Source: Lama guanicoe (lineage: Eukaryota). Taken from it: DNA of 64,000 nucleotides. The notes below the pieces were generated by a model. The model was not told the origin of the DNA and ran no database searches. It worked only from the letters and a program-made list of their open reading frames with translations. Location of the stretch: NCBI GenBank assembly GCA_013239625.1, contig MU053629.1:2507567-2571566 (forward strand), written 5' to 3'. This document shows, in pieces, positions 25,486 to 38,425 of the stretch. Within the stretch, counting starts at the first letter, position 1. Each line of letters begins with the position of its first letter. A program made the position numbers and the translations under genes.

Positions 25486-25582
25486 ATGAACTACAGTGAG
25501 GAGGTTACCGGGGCCCCACTTGTCACCGAGGTGTCTCAGGAGCTGCTGGAAGAAATGCTTTGGTTTTTTCGGGTAGAAGATG
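25486..25582 (+). CDS. SLC51B: Organic solute transporter beta, first coding exon (exon starts at 25382)
   Basis: [32 protein letters not shown]. Acceptor tttgtttccag| at 25381, donor GATG|gtaagt. Confidence 0.96.
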
Positions 25583-26534
25583 GTAAGTGGTGGGCGGATT
25601 GGTGGATGGTGGGATGTGCTCTCGGCACAAAGAGAGGAATCTGGCTGAAGCCCCCTGTCATGGTCCCCTCCTCTGCGGCAGGCCACACGTTTCCTCCAAG
25701 GCAGGGACTGAGGCTGAGGGGGCTGACTACCCAGAGGGGTCTGGCTGAACAGCACCCTCCTTTTCTCAGGGCTGGTCATTCATGTTACTCATCCACCCAG
25801 TCGTTCACCAATATTTACTAAGTTCCTTCTGTGCACCAGGCACTGTTCTCCGCATTGGGGTTACAGAAGTGAGTAAAGCAAAAATCTCTGCCCTCATGGA
25901 GCATTCATTCTAGGGAAAGAGAGAGAAGATAAACAAATGACTAAAATGCACGGCGTGCTGGGGATGAGCAAGAAGAAAAATTAAGGAAAGAAAGGGAATA
26001 GGAAATGTGCAGCAACGGGATGTAATGTGGCCAAGGAAGGCCTCACTGAGAAGGATGTCTGAACAAACTTGTAGGAGCTGAAGGAATTAGCCATGCAGAT
26101 TATGTGGGGGAAGAACATTTCTGGTAGAGGGAACAGCAAATGCAAAAGCTCTGAAGCTGGGTCCTTCCTTCCTCCCTTCTTCCATCCCTCCCTCCCTCCT
26201 TCCTTGGTACTGCACTTGGCCAGCCCCTAGCAAAACTCTGAAGGTTGTGACATTTATCTTCATCCATATGCCTCCTTTCTCCACTATTATTATCCAGCTG
26301 CAGTGCTGTCTCCCCAGGTAGATGAGAACTTCAGAGCAGAGATCTTATCCCCCCCCTCCCCTACACTGGACCAGAAGTTTCTGCGCCTGGCAAAGGGCTC
26401 ATTTCAGCTTAGTTAGTCTCTCTACCACACCTGGCCCACGGCAGGGGAAAGTTGATGCTGTGAGCCGGTCTGTTAGTGGGCCTGAGGGGCACCCAGCCTC
26501 TCCTCAAGGCTCTGTCCTGTGTGTCCCTCCCCAG

Positions 26535-26625
26535 CAACTCCTTGGAATAGCTCCATGTTTGCCCTGGTGGCCGTGGTGGTCGTGATAAGCATGGTCCTCT
26601 TGGGAAGGAGCATCCAGGCAAACAG
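26535..26625 (+). CDS. SLC51B: SLC51B second coding exon (transmembrane helix)
   Basis: ccctccccag|CA ACT CCT TGG... gives (A)[29 protein letters not shown](R). Donor AACAG|gtgag. 91 nt. Confidence 0.96.
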
Positions 26626-29006
26626 GTGAGGAGCCGGTCTGGGGGTGGTCTCTGGAGGGTGGGGGCCCTGCCTTCCCAAAGGAAATCTAGAGAGGGGTCA
26701 TCTACGGGCCTTGGCTGTCCACCCTTTGGGACAGCAAAATGCAGCCTTCAGGGTCCTTTGAGAACCCAAAGCTGTTGAAAAACTCACAACTGTCCCCGAT
26801 GACCACTCCCCGACCCTGGCCAGCAAGCAGGCAGGGCAGGGACTGGTGCGTCCCAGAAGTCAGGACCTCTGGCTCTGGGGTCACAAAGGCCTGGGTTCAG
26901 ATTCCAGTTCTTTCACTCACTAGCTGGGCGAGAAACCCAGTACCTCCAAGCCAGCTTCTCCTTCCACAAAAGGTGATAATAATGAATTCCCTCCTGCTAG
27001 GATTGTGAGGTGTGCTCAGTGGGGGCTTTGCAGAGTTAGGGGCGTTGTTACAGGGGAAAGCCTTGCCCTGCTCCAAGGCCAGATGCAAGATCAGTCAGGG
27101 CTCCTTGGGGTAATTTTGACATCTTTATGACAACAATACTCCTTAACCCTGGATGCACAACAAAATCACCTGAGGAGGAATATTAAATACACAGAATACC
27201 GTGCGTGCCTCACCTTGGAGACTCAGACACAAAGGGTCTGGGGTGGGACTACTGGCATTTTGTTAAACTCTCTAGATGGTTCTAGGGTTAACTTTTGAGA
27301 GTTCCTTGAGGGCGGGGTCCACATTTGACTCAACTTTGTTTTCCCCAAGCAACTAGCACAGTGTCTGGTTCTAGAAGGTATTCAATAAATGCTTAGTTCA
27401 CTCCTTCCCATCATTCATTCATTCATTCATTCAGTAACTACTATATCCCCACCAGTCATTACAGCAGTTAACTTTCACACAGTAACCATGAGACTCCCAC
27501 CCTGAGATCCGTATCACGTTTTAGAATTTTAAAGGCACCATCACATTCTCCCATTTGATCAAGATAGCCCTGTAAAGTGGGGCAGACACAGGTTACTTAT
27601 TCCCACTGTACAGAATAAGGTCACTAAGGATCCATGGAAGGGTTGGCCTAACCTTCATGCTCTTCCTTCTATGCTATATTTTATATGGTCCATGAATCCT
27701 CATCACAGTTCAGCTATAAAGTCAAAAAGAAATCACCAAGTGCCCATTTGTCATTCATCCCACAGAATGAGCTGAGCACCTGCTCGGGACCAAGCTCCAT
27801 GCCACGAGTGGGCGCCACAGGCCTGGACAAGATAAATTCAGCCCCAGCCTGATGGATTTGGTGGGGTGATGACTGTAGTTTAGAGTGACAGAAATGTGAT
27901 TGTGGGACATACAGAGTGTTGTGGGGGCAGAGGTGGGATCTGGGGTCTGTGGGGCAAAAAAAAAGGCGGGGGGCTGAGGAAGCCTTCCAGACCAGGGGAC
28001 ACCAAGCTGGAGAAGAGGAGGAGGAGGGCCCGAGGGGCTGTGGCGTGGCGTGTGAGGAGAGCAGGGGAAGACGGAGGACAGGAGGCAGCAGGGCCCAGCG
28101 TGCCGGCCCTGGGGGCCGTCCTAAGGCATTCAGGTTCTAGTTCGTGGGCTTTGAGGAACCAGAGGAGAGCTCTGCGCAGGGACATGAAAGGGTTGTGTTT
28201 TAGCAAGATTGGTCTGGATGCAGGCTATAGAAGGACCCTGAGGGAGTACAGCCTCTAAGAAGGTGACCTTGCCTCTCTCACCCTGTCAGGAAGCATGCCC
28301 TCATTGTCACCTCAGAGACAAGGTGGGTGTCCTCGGGAGCAGTAGACACTGAGCTGCTCCCACCATGGCCCAAGCAGATTGTCTGGGTGGTCCACTCCCA
28401 CCGCAGCGGGGTCCTTCCACTGTGGCCAGGAAGTCTAGGGGTGGGTACCTTAAGTAAAACCACCTCAGAGGGAGGACAATTAGGAGAGTTATTGGGAGGA
28501 AGACTGGATCTTGAATGCCAGGTTAAGGAAGTGGGCAATGGGGAGCCACTGAAGGTGCTTGAGCTGGGGAGTGATGTGTGCACACGGGGACTTTAGAATC
28601 ATGACTGGTGCGTGTAGGCTGGGAGAAGCAAGCATCTAGAGGCAGGAAGATTAGTTAGGAATTTCTTGTGGTAGTTTGTCTGGGGATGGGGTGTGGAGTA
28701 ACAAGGACCTGCATTAAGTAGGATGAGAAAATGTGGTTTGGTGAAAAGAACACAGGACTCAAGAGTCAGGAGCTTAAACGCACATCCCAGGCATGTGCTT
28801 CTTTGGCCTCTTTGAGTCATACTACCTCACCTGTAAGGGGAGCAATAGTAGTTGAGCTCACAGGTGAAAATGAGGATGTGGTGAGAACCGCGTGCTGGGC
28901 TTCCCCCTTACACTCGCGAACCCACTTGGGAGACCCAGTCCTGCCCCAACCACTCGGTACCCGAGCTCGGGGAACTCACATTCAACAATGTTTTCTCTCC
29001 TCCCAG

Positions 29007-29211
29007 AAATCAAAAGAAGCTGCCACAGGAAAAACAAACTCCAGAAGCCCTATACTTAGCCGAGGATGGAACCAAAGAAGACAGCAACCTGACCACCCTA
29101 AGAGAGACTTTGCTCTCAGAAAAGCAAAATTTGGCCCAGGTGGAAATGGAGTTAAAAAACAGTGATGCGCCTCTGGCCTTTCCTCCAGACCCACGAGAAT
29201 CTGAGAGCTAG
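29007..29211 (+). CDS. SLC51B: SLC51B last coding exon
   Basis: ctcctcccag|A AAT CAA... gives NQKKLPQEKQTPEALYLAEDGTKEDSNLTTLRETLLSEKQNLAQVEMELKNSDAPLAFPPDPRESES*. Total CDS 97+91+205 = 393 nt (130 aa). Confidence 0.95.
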
Positions 29212-29311
29212 TGAGGGTGCAGGGCAGGGTCCCTGAGTTGTTAGCAGACGGAGTGACCTGCAATCAAACTAAAATTCTGTTATGAAAAAAATGAACCAAA
29301 ATAACCCCCTT

Positions 29312-29320
29312 TTTATTAAA
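29312..29320. terminator. Overlapping poly(A) signals: ATTAAA (+, SLC51B) and AATAAA (-, RASL12)
   Basis: TTTATTAAA, with U/GU-rich sequence downstream on each strand. Confidence 0.7.
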
Positions 29321-30868
29321 ATGCTTCTGGATGTGGGCAGTTGGAATTGCATAGTTTGTTCACATGGTGGTGGTCCACACATAAGCGGCTGGGAGCAAAA
29401 GCATGAAATTCAGAGCCGGCCTGTGGGTCAGGAAGCCTGGCCAGGACTCCTCGAGTGGTCTCGAGGGGTTCACAGCCTCCCTCTGACCTCGGCTTCTCCA
29501 TCTATAGAATGTGGCTGAAGCCTGGGCTGGAGCTGTTGGTTTTCTATCCAAGCTCCTGGAAGGGCTCATGGGGAAATGGGCAGGATTCTGGGCTCAGAAC
29601 CCCCTTCCCCTCCTCCCCCCACCCAGCCCTCTCCTTTACCTGCTTATCTGCTGAGGGTCCATGAAAGACCTCCTTTGGACCAGGGGTCCTGTGGTAAACA
29701 GAGCTAGAGAATTATGAAACTCTCTGCCTCTAAGACCCTTCTCCCGCAAACCGTGGGATCCCAGAGGAGAGGGAGTGTCCTGATCCCGTGTCTGAACCAC
29801 AGTGTTGTGGCTTATAGCTGTGGTGGCAACCCCAGATAATTTATGCAAAAATTTGCTCAATGAACCCCAAATGCTTTAGGTTCTATCTTACAAAAGTAGA
29901 CTCTGGACATGCAGACCCATTGCTAAAGGTCCCACCGGACCAGAGTACAAACAGTACACTGTGTTTCTCCCTCTGAGTGCCCATAGGATGTCTGATACAG
30001 CTGTGGGCTCCCTGGAGTCCTGGGTGAATGTCACTGCAGAGAATAACTTTGTTCTGCAGTTTTGCTCATTAAACTTGAGAAGGCTGGTCCCCAGGGTCTG
30101 TGGACAGAGCCCATGATTTAAGGTGGGAAAATACGGGGGCCCTGCCTCCTGCTAAAAACACGCTGGAGGCTCCCTACACTGGCCTACCCACAGCTCCCAC
30201 CTTCTACCCTCACTGAGAGGCAAAGTACTGGAAACAGCCCTTCCTGGGACACCTCTGCTTCTCCCAGGCTGTCCCGTAGGATTATTTCAACTAGGTTTTA
30301 CTTGGATCAACTACAGGCCTTGTTGCTGGGGCCTCTGTGAGATCAGAAGACAGTGACAAGGCCAGACTCTGGCCCTCCAAAAACTGCAGCCGCCCTGCCC
30401 TTCCAGTCCACCAGGAGGTGCTGGGACCTCGAGACTGTCCCTCCTGCAGGATGTTCTCAGGGCTCCTGGAGCTGTCCACACAGAGCTGTCCACTAGGGGC
30501 CACATCTGGCCTGGTTGCAGCTGGAGCAGGAAGAGGTGACGGCGCCATGACGACACTGCAGTTTCCTTCCATTTCAGGCTGACCCCAGGTCCCTGGGTTG
30601 TCACGGTGGCTGTTTCCCATCAGGGTGAGGGATGCAGTGGTTACTATGGAAACCAAGGCCTGGAGGGAATAGGAGCAGCATTCCTGCCTGTCCCTATTGC
30701 CTGTAGAGTGAACTGGGTGACAGGGACACTGCCTGGTGCTGGAGGAGGGGTCAGCTGTCCACCAGGGGGCGAGGGCTGCTGATCCATCAGAAGGAAAGCT
30801 GGTGGTGAGAAGCCAGCCCTGCCCTGGGGACTGCCCAGTGCCGAGCCTGGGATCCTGAGCAGGGGCCC

Positions 30869-31244
30869 TCAGAAGATCTTGAAGCCCTTCAGCAGGGTCA
30901 GCGTGGGTGCCTTGCGCTTGCTCTGGGCCCGGGATGACTTGACAGTGACCAGCTTGGCCTGGGCCACGGTGGGCATCTCCTTCAGGCTGGCGGTAGACAG
31001 TGTGCTGAAGGTGCAGCTGGCCAGCCCGTGCCGGGCTGTGAGCGGGGCCTGGTGATGCAGGGCCCTCTCCTCAGAGATGAAGAGGGGTCGGGCCAGGGAG
31101 TTCTTCTCCAGCTCCCGCCGTGCCTCCCGTACTGCCTCGTGGAAGACACGCTGCACATGCTCGAAGTCCAGGCAGGCGGAGACCTCGAAAAACAGGCACC
31201 CGAACCTGCCCGCCAAGGCTGCGCCCTCTGCCTGGGTGACCTGC
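30869..31244 (-). CDS. RASL12: Ras-like protein family member 12, exon 5
   Basis: ttccccgccag|G CAG GTC... gives QVTQAEGAALAGRFGCLFFEVSACLDFEHV...KAPTLTLLKGFKIF*. 376 nt. Confidence 0.97.
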
Positions 31245-33818
31245 CTGGCGGGGAAGCAGGGCGAGGCGGGGTCAGGAGCATGCATCCAAGTCAGGCAAGC
31301 CTGGGCCTACATCCCACTCCCCACTTACTAGCTCTGTGAGCTGGAGCCATCTTCATCTCTCTGAGGCTCAGTTTTCTCATCAGTAAAATGGGATAATGAC
31401 AGCTGCCACTCAGGGTTGTTAAGAAGGTTAGGAAAGACAATTTGTGTCAAGTGCCTAGCATAGTCCCTGCTCAGTAAGTGGTGGCTGATGTCACCAAAGG
31501 CAGAATTTCACAACGAGGCTGAGGGGAAGGGAGAAACTGGCCCAAAGTCCCTGGCTAGACCCTGCCTCTGGCCAGAGAAGATGGCCATTCACAGCCCCGT
31601 GTCTCCTATACTCCAACATGGGTCCCTCGGTCAGGAAATGAGCCACGCTCCGCTCTAGCCTGTGGGATCAGCTCTGGAGAAAGGCAGCAGTTTTGTCAGA
31701 GGATATGAGACCAGTGTCTACAGAGGCCTGTAGGCCGAGGTGACTCAGGACTCTGCGGTCGGCAGAGCAATCAGGGCTCGTTGTGAGTTCTGTCTGCCTG
31801 CTCAGGGGAGGGGCAGGAGGGAGCAGGGGTGACAACATGAGAGAGGGAGCCGCACCTTTCCCCAGCTCCGCCCCGTACCGCCTCCAGTGATGGTGGGATG
31901 GAGTAATTGTAAGTGGAAAGGTCCTGAAAGCCATGGGACTCAGGGTGAGCAGTAAAACACGACTGGCCCTTGGGTAGGTCAGATGTCCAGAGGAGGCAAG
32001 AGACGGGGGGGTCACTGAGGTCTGGAGGCCACGGTTGCAGTGGCTCAGTCCCACTGCTGAGTGGCTCCACTGGAGGACAATGGCACAGCCGGTGACATGA
32101 AAGGGACACAGGGGGAGTACTGGTGGGAAAAGGTTTCTGAGCCAAGGTTAATTTGGCAGGAGCAAAGGCTGGGAGTGGGCCAGCTGTCCAGGGGAGTATC
32201 AGAGACAGAGAGTGACTGGGACAAAAAAGGGCAGAGCATCTAAGCCAGTTCCTACTCAGGGCTGGTGCCCTGACTGTCAGCTCCTGAGAAACTCCTTTCC
32301 GAAGAATACTTTGTCACTGTGGGGTGTGAATAATGAGCTTTCAGAAATGAGGTCCCCATATGTGCATGCATGAGTGTGAACAGGCAACACAGGCAGGTAA
32401 CAGTATCCCTTTTCTTATTCTGTTGCAGCCTAGTGAAAATTCTATCAGGTTTGGGAACCTCTACTCTAACCCACATTTTACCCTTTAGCTACAAGACAGC
32501 CATGGGAGACACTGACCAACGCTCGCTAAAAGTTAGATTCACTGTGTGCCCATCAAACCCTGATCTACTAACCTCGGGACTTGATCAAGGAAGGAAATGG
32601 CGATAAACTGTCACGACTTGCTCTTAGGAAACTGATGCTACTTTGCTCTTTGCTCCCAAACCATTTTCAGACAATCCCTTTGGCAAATACTGGAACCAAA
32701 ACAGTGGCCTAGTTTTTTCCTCATATTTAAAACTGGTTTATTCACAATCCAGTCTTCCGATCCCTCTTGTAGCTTCTAGGGTCTCTGTGAAACCTCACAG
32801 ACTGCCTTTTGGCTTTAAGATCACACTTGCCTCATTCCCTGAGATGGAATTTGTCTTGGTCTGAGGGCCTGCCCACCTTGAAGGCCCCTACCATGAGCCC
32901 CCTTTCCCAATGCCCATTCGATCTGTCCTATACCAAAGGTCCCCTTCTTGCTAACATAAGTCAGTGAGCCTCTGGGGCCTGGGGAAGCAAGAGTGACCCT
33001 CCTTGAGCAGGGAGGGATGGGAGGAAGGCTGGTGCAAGGTGGCCTACCTCGTAGGTGGACTGGCCACCTACGTCAGTGTTAAGACGGCCAGTGGGATCAC
33101 TCATCAGGTGGAGGCATCACAGTCCCAAACACCTCAGGGGCCAGCAGACAACTTGAATGTGTGGGGAGGGTGGAGGTAAGCCATGGGGAGTGCGAGGTCT
33201 GTGGTCAGCTGGAGAGCGCACACCCTGCCTCAAAGCATTCCAATTCCAGGTCTTTTAAGAACCCTGTGCCGGCCAAGCAAAATATGGCTGCAGTATTCAG
33301 TGGTCACCTGCCCTCTGGCCCAGTCTGTGACCTCTGATTCAAGTCCAACCCTTTGTAAGAGAACACAGCCAGCTGTGGGAGTGAGCCTGGGACCTCACTT
33401 GGATGAGGAAAGAGCTGCTTGGAACAGAGCAGACACCTGACCCAAGCAGCCAATGACAGCCTCTCTCCCCGGAACTGGAATTGGGCACTGAATGACCAGC
33501 CAGCTGTGGGGAGTGGAAATGGAAGGCCATACAGTCTCAAGCGAGAAGGGGTGGGGCTGAGAGATCTCAGAGCCTAAGGAGGGTGGAAGGAGTGACCTCT
33601 CTTTTGACTTTGGGGTCCAGCCTCTGTGCAGCCCAGATGCCTTTCCCTTCCTGTCCTTGGCTACCTGGAAAACTTGCTCCCTGTTCCCTTACATCACATC
33701 CCCTTTCCCCTACATTCGAGGGGATTACTCTTCTTGGCAGCCAGACAATCCCTGAAAACACCGGCCTTTACGAGCGAGGAAGGCGAGCCCCAGACGTGGG
33801 ACGGAGCACCGTGCTCAC

Positions 33819-34009
33819 CTGTACTGGGCCATGTCCAGCTTGTTGCCCAGCAGCAGAGCAGGGTAGCCGCGCTGCGTCTCCTTCGCGTGCAGGGCGAGCA
33901 GCTCCAAGTAGCTGCTGCTGCCCTCGAAGCTCTGGCGGCTGTCGACGCTGTACACCACCAGGAAGGCGTGGGCCCAGTTCAGGTAGCGCTCGCAGTTCCT
34001 GGGCGTGTC
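33819..34009 (-). CDS. RASL12: RASL12 exon 4
   Basis: DTPRNCERYLNWAHAFLVVYSVD...LLLGNKLDMAQY(R). AG/GT boundaries, 191 nt. Confidence 0.97.
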
Positions 34010-34757
34010 CTGGGGCAAAGGAGGGCAGCCTCAGTCAGGGGCAGAGGAGGTCGGGGGAAAGGCCTTCACCTGAGCAGTCTCATCTCACCTCCCTGCTCCC
34101 CGGGTCTTTGTATATTGTTCCCCGGCAGGGCCCTTTTCAAAGGGACACTTGAGTGTGGATTTGGCTTGGCGTGAAAGGAGACATTGTCTCTGAGCCTCAC
34201 TCCCACCACCCAGCCAGAGACTTGGAGACCTTGGCCTCTGGGGCAGAGAGCCAAGACTCTGGCATGGCCCCCACAGAGACCTGGCTGTGCCTGAGCACCA
34301 CTGGTTTGGGGTCAGCTTCATGGAGCCCCTTTGGATTCCAAGAATAACTGGCATCCAGCCTTGGCCGGGAGTGGTGAGAACACAGGGAGATACATGCCCC
34401 GGCGGGGGCACTTGGGCCAGGGGAGCCTCTGTGTAAACACGTGTTTGTGCACCTGTCTCCATGTGTATGTAGGCATCGAGCGCCAGAGCACAACACCGCA
34501 GAGCTGACGCCAGCAATCATCAGGTCTCCCCAGGCACCCCCAGGCCTTGTCCTATCCCTTCTCATTTGGCAAATGAACAGATTCAGGCCCAGAAAGGTCA
34601 GTGCCTCAATCAGGGTCACATTGCAAACTGGAGCTTAAAAGGTTTGCAAATTGCCATCTGAGACCCTCTCACCACTGCCACCACCACTCTGGGAGCAGGA
34701 TTTCTCAAGAGGCTAAACTGACTCTCAGCTCTTCATGGGTGATGGGGGAAATGTTAC

Positions 34758-34831
34758 CAGGTCCGCAGTGTCCATGACCCTCAGGTGGATAGGCTGGTGG
34801 TCCACGGTCTCCTCTGAGCTGTAGGTGTCCT
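34758..34831 (-). CDS. RASL12: RASL12 exon 3
   Basis: gtgttgcag|AG GAC ACC... gives (E)DTYSSEETVDHQPIHLRVMDTADL|gtaac. 74 nt. Confidence 0.96.
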
Positions 34832-35407
34832 CTGCAACACACAATCAGCATGGTCGGTGGAAAGGCAGGCCGACTGCTGGTGGGCTGGGTCTGAGTCCCT
34901 GCTTCCCTCTGTGCTGGGCCCCTGTGCACCCCTGGGGGACTTGCTCTGGGGTTGGCTGAGCCGGGACCACTGGAAAGGCCTTGGCTCTCCCCCACATGGA
35001 GGACATGGGCAGAACCTCCCACCAAGGAGATGCTACTTCACTTGTCAGGGCTCAGGACGTCAGAGGTGACTCACAGAACACGCCGCAGGGGACGGAACTG
35101 TGTTCTGGGTCCACCCACCAGGCCTGCAGGATGGATGGAGTGTGTGGATCACGGGCCCAGTGAGCAGAAGAGATACTGATGGCCCCTCCCTCCTGAACCC
35201 CAAGCTTCTCCACCCTCTTCTCCTCCAACCACTACCTGGCCCACCAGAAGCCCCCAGGGACAATCAGGACAACCCTCCTGCCCCCAGTGGGAGAAGGGAC
35301 AGGAAAGAAGCAGCATACAACACTAAGGGAGAGGGGTCAGACCCTGTTCAGACATCTCAAGAAAGTTTCTACAAATAATTACCTTGTCAAAATAAGAGCA
35401 AAAGGAT

Positions 35408-35560
35408 GGGGAGGGTATAGCTCAAGTGGTAGAGTGCATGCTTAGCATGCACAAGGTCCTGGGTTCAATCCTTAGTATCTCCTCCAAATAGAAATAAATA
35501 AACCTAATTACCTTCCCAACATCAAACAAACAAAAAAGCAAAACGTGTGCTTTTAAAAAA
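35408..35560 (+). mobile_element. tRNA-derived SINE (camelid Vic-1-like) with target-site duplication
   Basis: ggggagggtatagctcaagtggtagagtgcatgcttagcatgcacaaggtcctgggttcaatcc with A-box and B-box, A-rich tail, flanked by aaaataagagca (35389-35400 and 35561-35572). Confidence 0.9.
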
Positions 35561-38335
35561 AAAATAAGAGCAGAGGAATCTGGTGTAGTGGGAAGTTTTA
35601 GGTTGGAGATGTGGAATCAAACCCAACTTCAGCTACTTTTTAGCTGTGTGACTTGGCCAAGTCATTTTAGCATTTTGAGGCTGTTTCTTCATTTTAAAAT
35701 GAGGATAATATGATAACACTGGCTAACAGTTTACAAGTTTTTATTCCGTGCCAGGCACTGTGCTAAATGCTTGTCCCGGCACCATGTCACAGGGCTGCGT
35801 GAGGACTGGATGGGCCCCTAGGCGTGAGGCCTGGCCCTCCACAAATGCCTGGTAAAGGACAGTGGGGACATAGTGCTCCAAAGTTTTCAGAGCAGGTTCA
35901 CGTTCCTGGGTGATTTAAAAAAATTTTTTTGAGATAATTTTAGACTCATGTAGAAATTGCAAAATAGTACAGAGAGTTCCCGTGTATCCTTCCTTCTGCT
36001 CCCCTCAGTGTTAGCTCCTTACGTAACCGTAGCACGATGATCAAATCCAGGAAACTGACATTGGTACCATACTATGAACTAAATCACTGACCTTATTTGG
36101 ATTCCATAAGTTTTTACCTTTTTTTTTTTTTTCCTCAAAGTTCTCATGACTTCAAACCTGAGAAAGCATTAAGTGGCCAGGCCTGCAAAGAGGACCTCAC
36201 TGTCACAGGCAATCATTCTCCCTACCCCAACTTTCCCCTCTGCCACTAGCCCACCTGTGTGAATGCACTTGGCCCTCACCTTTCCCTGGGGTGGGGGTGG
36301 GGGTGTCCCTGGGCCCCACGTGACCCCAAAGAAGAACGGCCTGGGCAGAATGGGGGCCCTCTCTGCCCTGCTGGTGCTGTGAGAGGAGTATCCCCCAACC
36401 CTAGCAGAATTCACAAACACCTCTCTCTGAAGGGCCACTGGCAGCCAAGCCAGTCCTGGACCCACGCCAGGTCCACTAGCAGCCAGCAGGAATCACAGAC
36501 AGCTCCCGTCTCCAGCCTGCTTTGGGGACTGGGATAAATAGCCGCTCTTATTCAAAGACAAAAAAAAAAAAAAAAACCTAATGGAAAATATGCCCTAAAT
36601 GTTTAACTATATTTGGTGCAAGAAGAGCTGGCTGCCCCTGGATGCCTACATCTTGTTCAGATATTTCTTTATCTTCCTGCCAAAGTTGTCTGGTGCACGC
36701 CTTTGAGGTACGCCACAGCTCCTGTACCCACACAGGCACCGTGCTGTGATCAGCCCAAGGGAAAATATTAGCCCAGCCTTGGTCTCCTGCAGTCCCCTAT
36801 AGCACAACAGCCTTTTGAGGCTGCTGTTAGCTCCGCTGTACAGAGATGACAAGGAGGTGAGGCCCAGAGACGGAGAGAACTTGTCCTGGGCCACACAGCA
36901 CCCTATCAGATGGAACATGAACTCAGGGCTAGATTCTAGGCTGGGCTGTCTCTACGTTGGGATCCCTTCAGAGATCATGAGATTCTCTTACTCAGCTCCC
37001 TCCCCCTTTCTAAGTGAGGTGTCTTGGTGGGGAGGGCTCCTTTCCAAGTCATAGTAATGGCCTGTCTCCCCATCACAAAGTCCCTGCCCTCGGGGCATTC
37101 TGGAGTCCTTTAATAAATGTGGGCTTCATCACTCCTAGTTCCAAATAACATTCTGAGAACTTTAATGCCAAGAGAAGATCCTTTCCCCAAAGTATTTTTC
37201 TCTTATTTGCAGTAATAATTTTTAAAATGTCACCAAAGGAGCTCTGGTCGGAGTGTGTGTAGGATGATGCCTCAGAAATGGCGTCCTTATCCTGGCGGGA
37301 CAAGAGAGATGAGAAGCTGTCATTCTGCCCTGGGCAAACCATGTGAGGTGTCTCCAGCCCCTCTGTGAGAGGAGCGGGTTCTCCTGGAGACCCCCACCCC
37401 TCCTGGGGCGCTCTGCACAGGCAAAGCCCTTTCACAGGCACTGAATCTCTTGGCTCCTACCAGCTCTAACAGTCCCAACCCATAACACAACTCATACAGA
37501 GACAGAGCACAGTCTATCAGTCCCATCTTCCAGATGGGGAAACTGAGGCTCAGAGCCCAGTGTCACGCAGACGTGTGACTCCAGGCTCTCTACAGCATAA
37601 GGCTACCCTTAGTGGAGGGCAACTGGAGTGGCATCTCATCTTCCTTTGCACTCGAGTTTCTCCATGATCTTAGGCAAGTCACTGAGCCCTCTCTGGCCTC
37701 AGTTTCTTTACCTGTAAAATAGCAATAATAGGAGCGCTTCTGCAAAGGGAAATCCTAAAATCAAAATGCAATCCCATATTTAAGAGCATCAACGTTGTGC
37801 CTAGCACTGCACTCTGAGCTAGAAATGAGAAGGAACCACACAGGTTTCCACCCTCAAGAGGCTCCCTTTGAGCTCTAGCTCTTGGGAGACATTTGAAGAG
37901 GGGAGAGGGTTGTTTCCCATCTCCTGATGGCTAACTCTTCCTTGGATGCTCACTCACTTCTCCACAGAAGGAAAGGCTCTATCCAAGAGTCCTGCTGTTA
38001 CTGAAACCAGCCATGGGATAGTGGCTGGAATTAGACAGTGGGCAGGACCCCCGAGGCGCAGCACTGGCCTCCCAGAATGGCTGAGAGGGGAGTGTCTGGT
38101 CATCGCTCCAGCTCAGAAGCTCTCAGGAAGGGGTGAGAGCCCAAAGGCTGAGGTGACTAACTGCTGCAGGGCTGCCACCACCCTGCCAGACAGTCTGACT
38201 GCGCATTCCCTACCAGCTCAGAACTCCAAAATTGCTCAATCAGGAGGCTCAAACCAGCACTGTAATGGGCTCCAGTGGTGGGACCCTGCACGAAGGGTAT
38301 GGATTGTGGGACAGGAAGAAGAGAGACTGGAGGAA

Positions 38336-38425
38336 GATTGCCAAATAAAATATAGGATGACACATTAAATTTGAATTGCAGATAAACAGCTAATGATTTT
38401 TAGTATACGTGTGCCTCATGCAATC
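38336..38425 (+). mobile_element. MER33-like hAT DNA transposon fragment
   Basis: 'gattgccaaataaaatataggatgacacattaaatttgaattgcagataaac'. Confidence 0.65.

Noticed and set aside
25177..25779. 200-aa ORF antisense to the SLC51B coding exon
   Set aside because: No domain; explained by GC-rich sequence opposite a real exon.
35408..35480. tRNA-like sequence
   Set aside because: Head of a SINE (A-rich tail and target-site duplication present, acceptor stem degenerate), not a tRNA gene.
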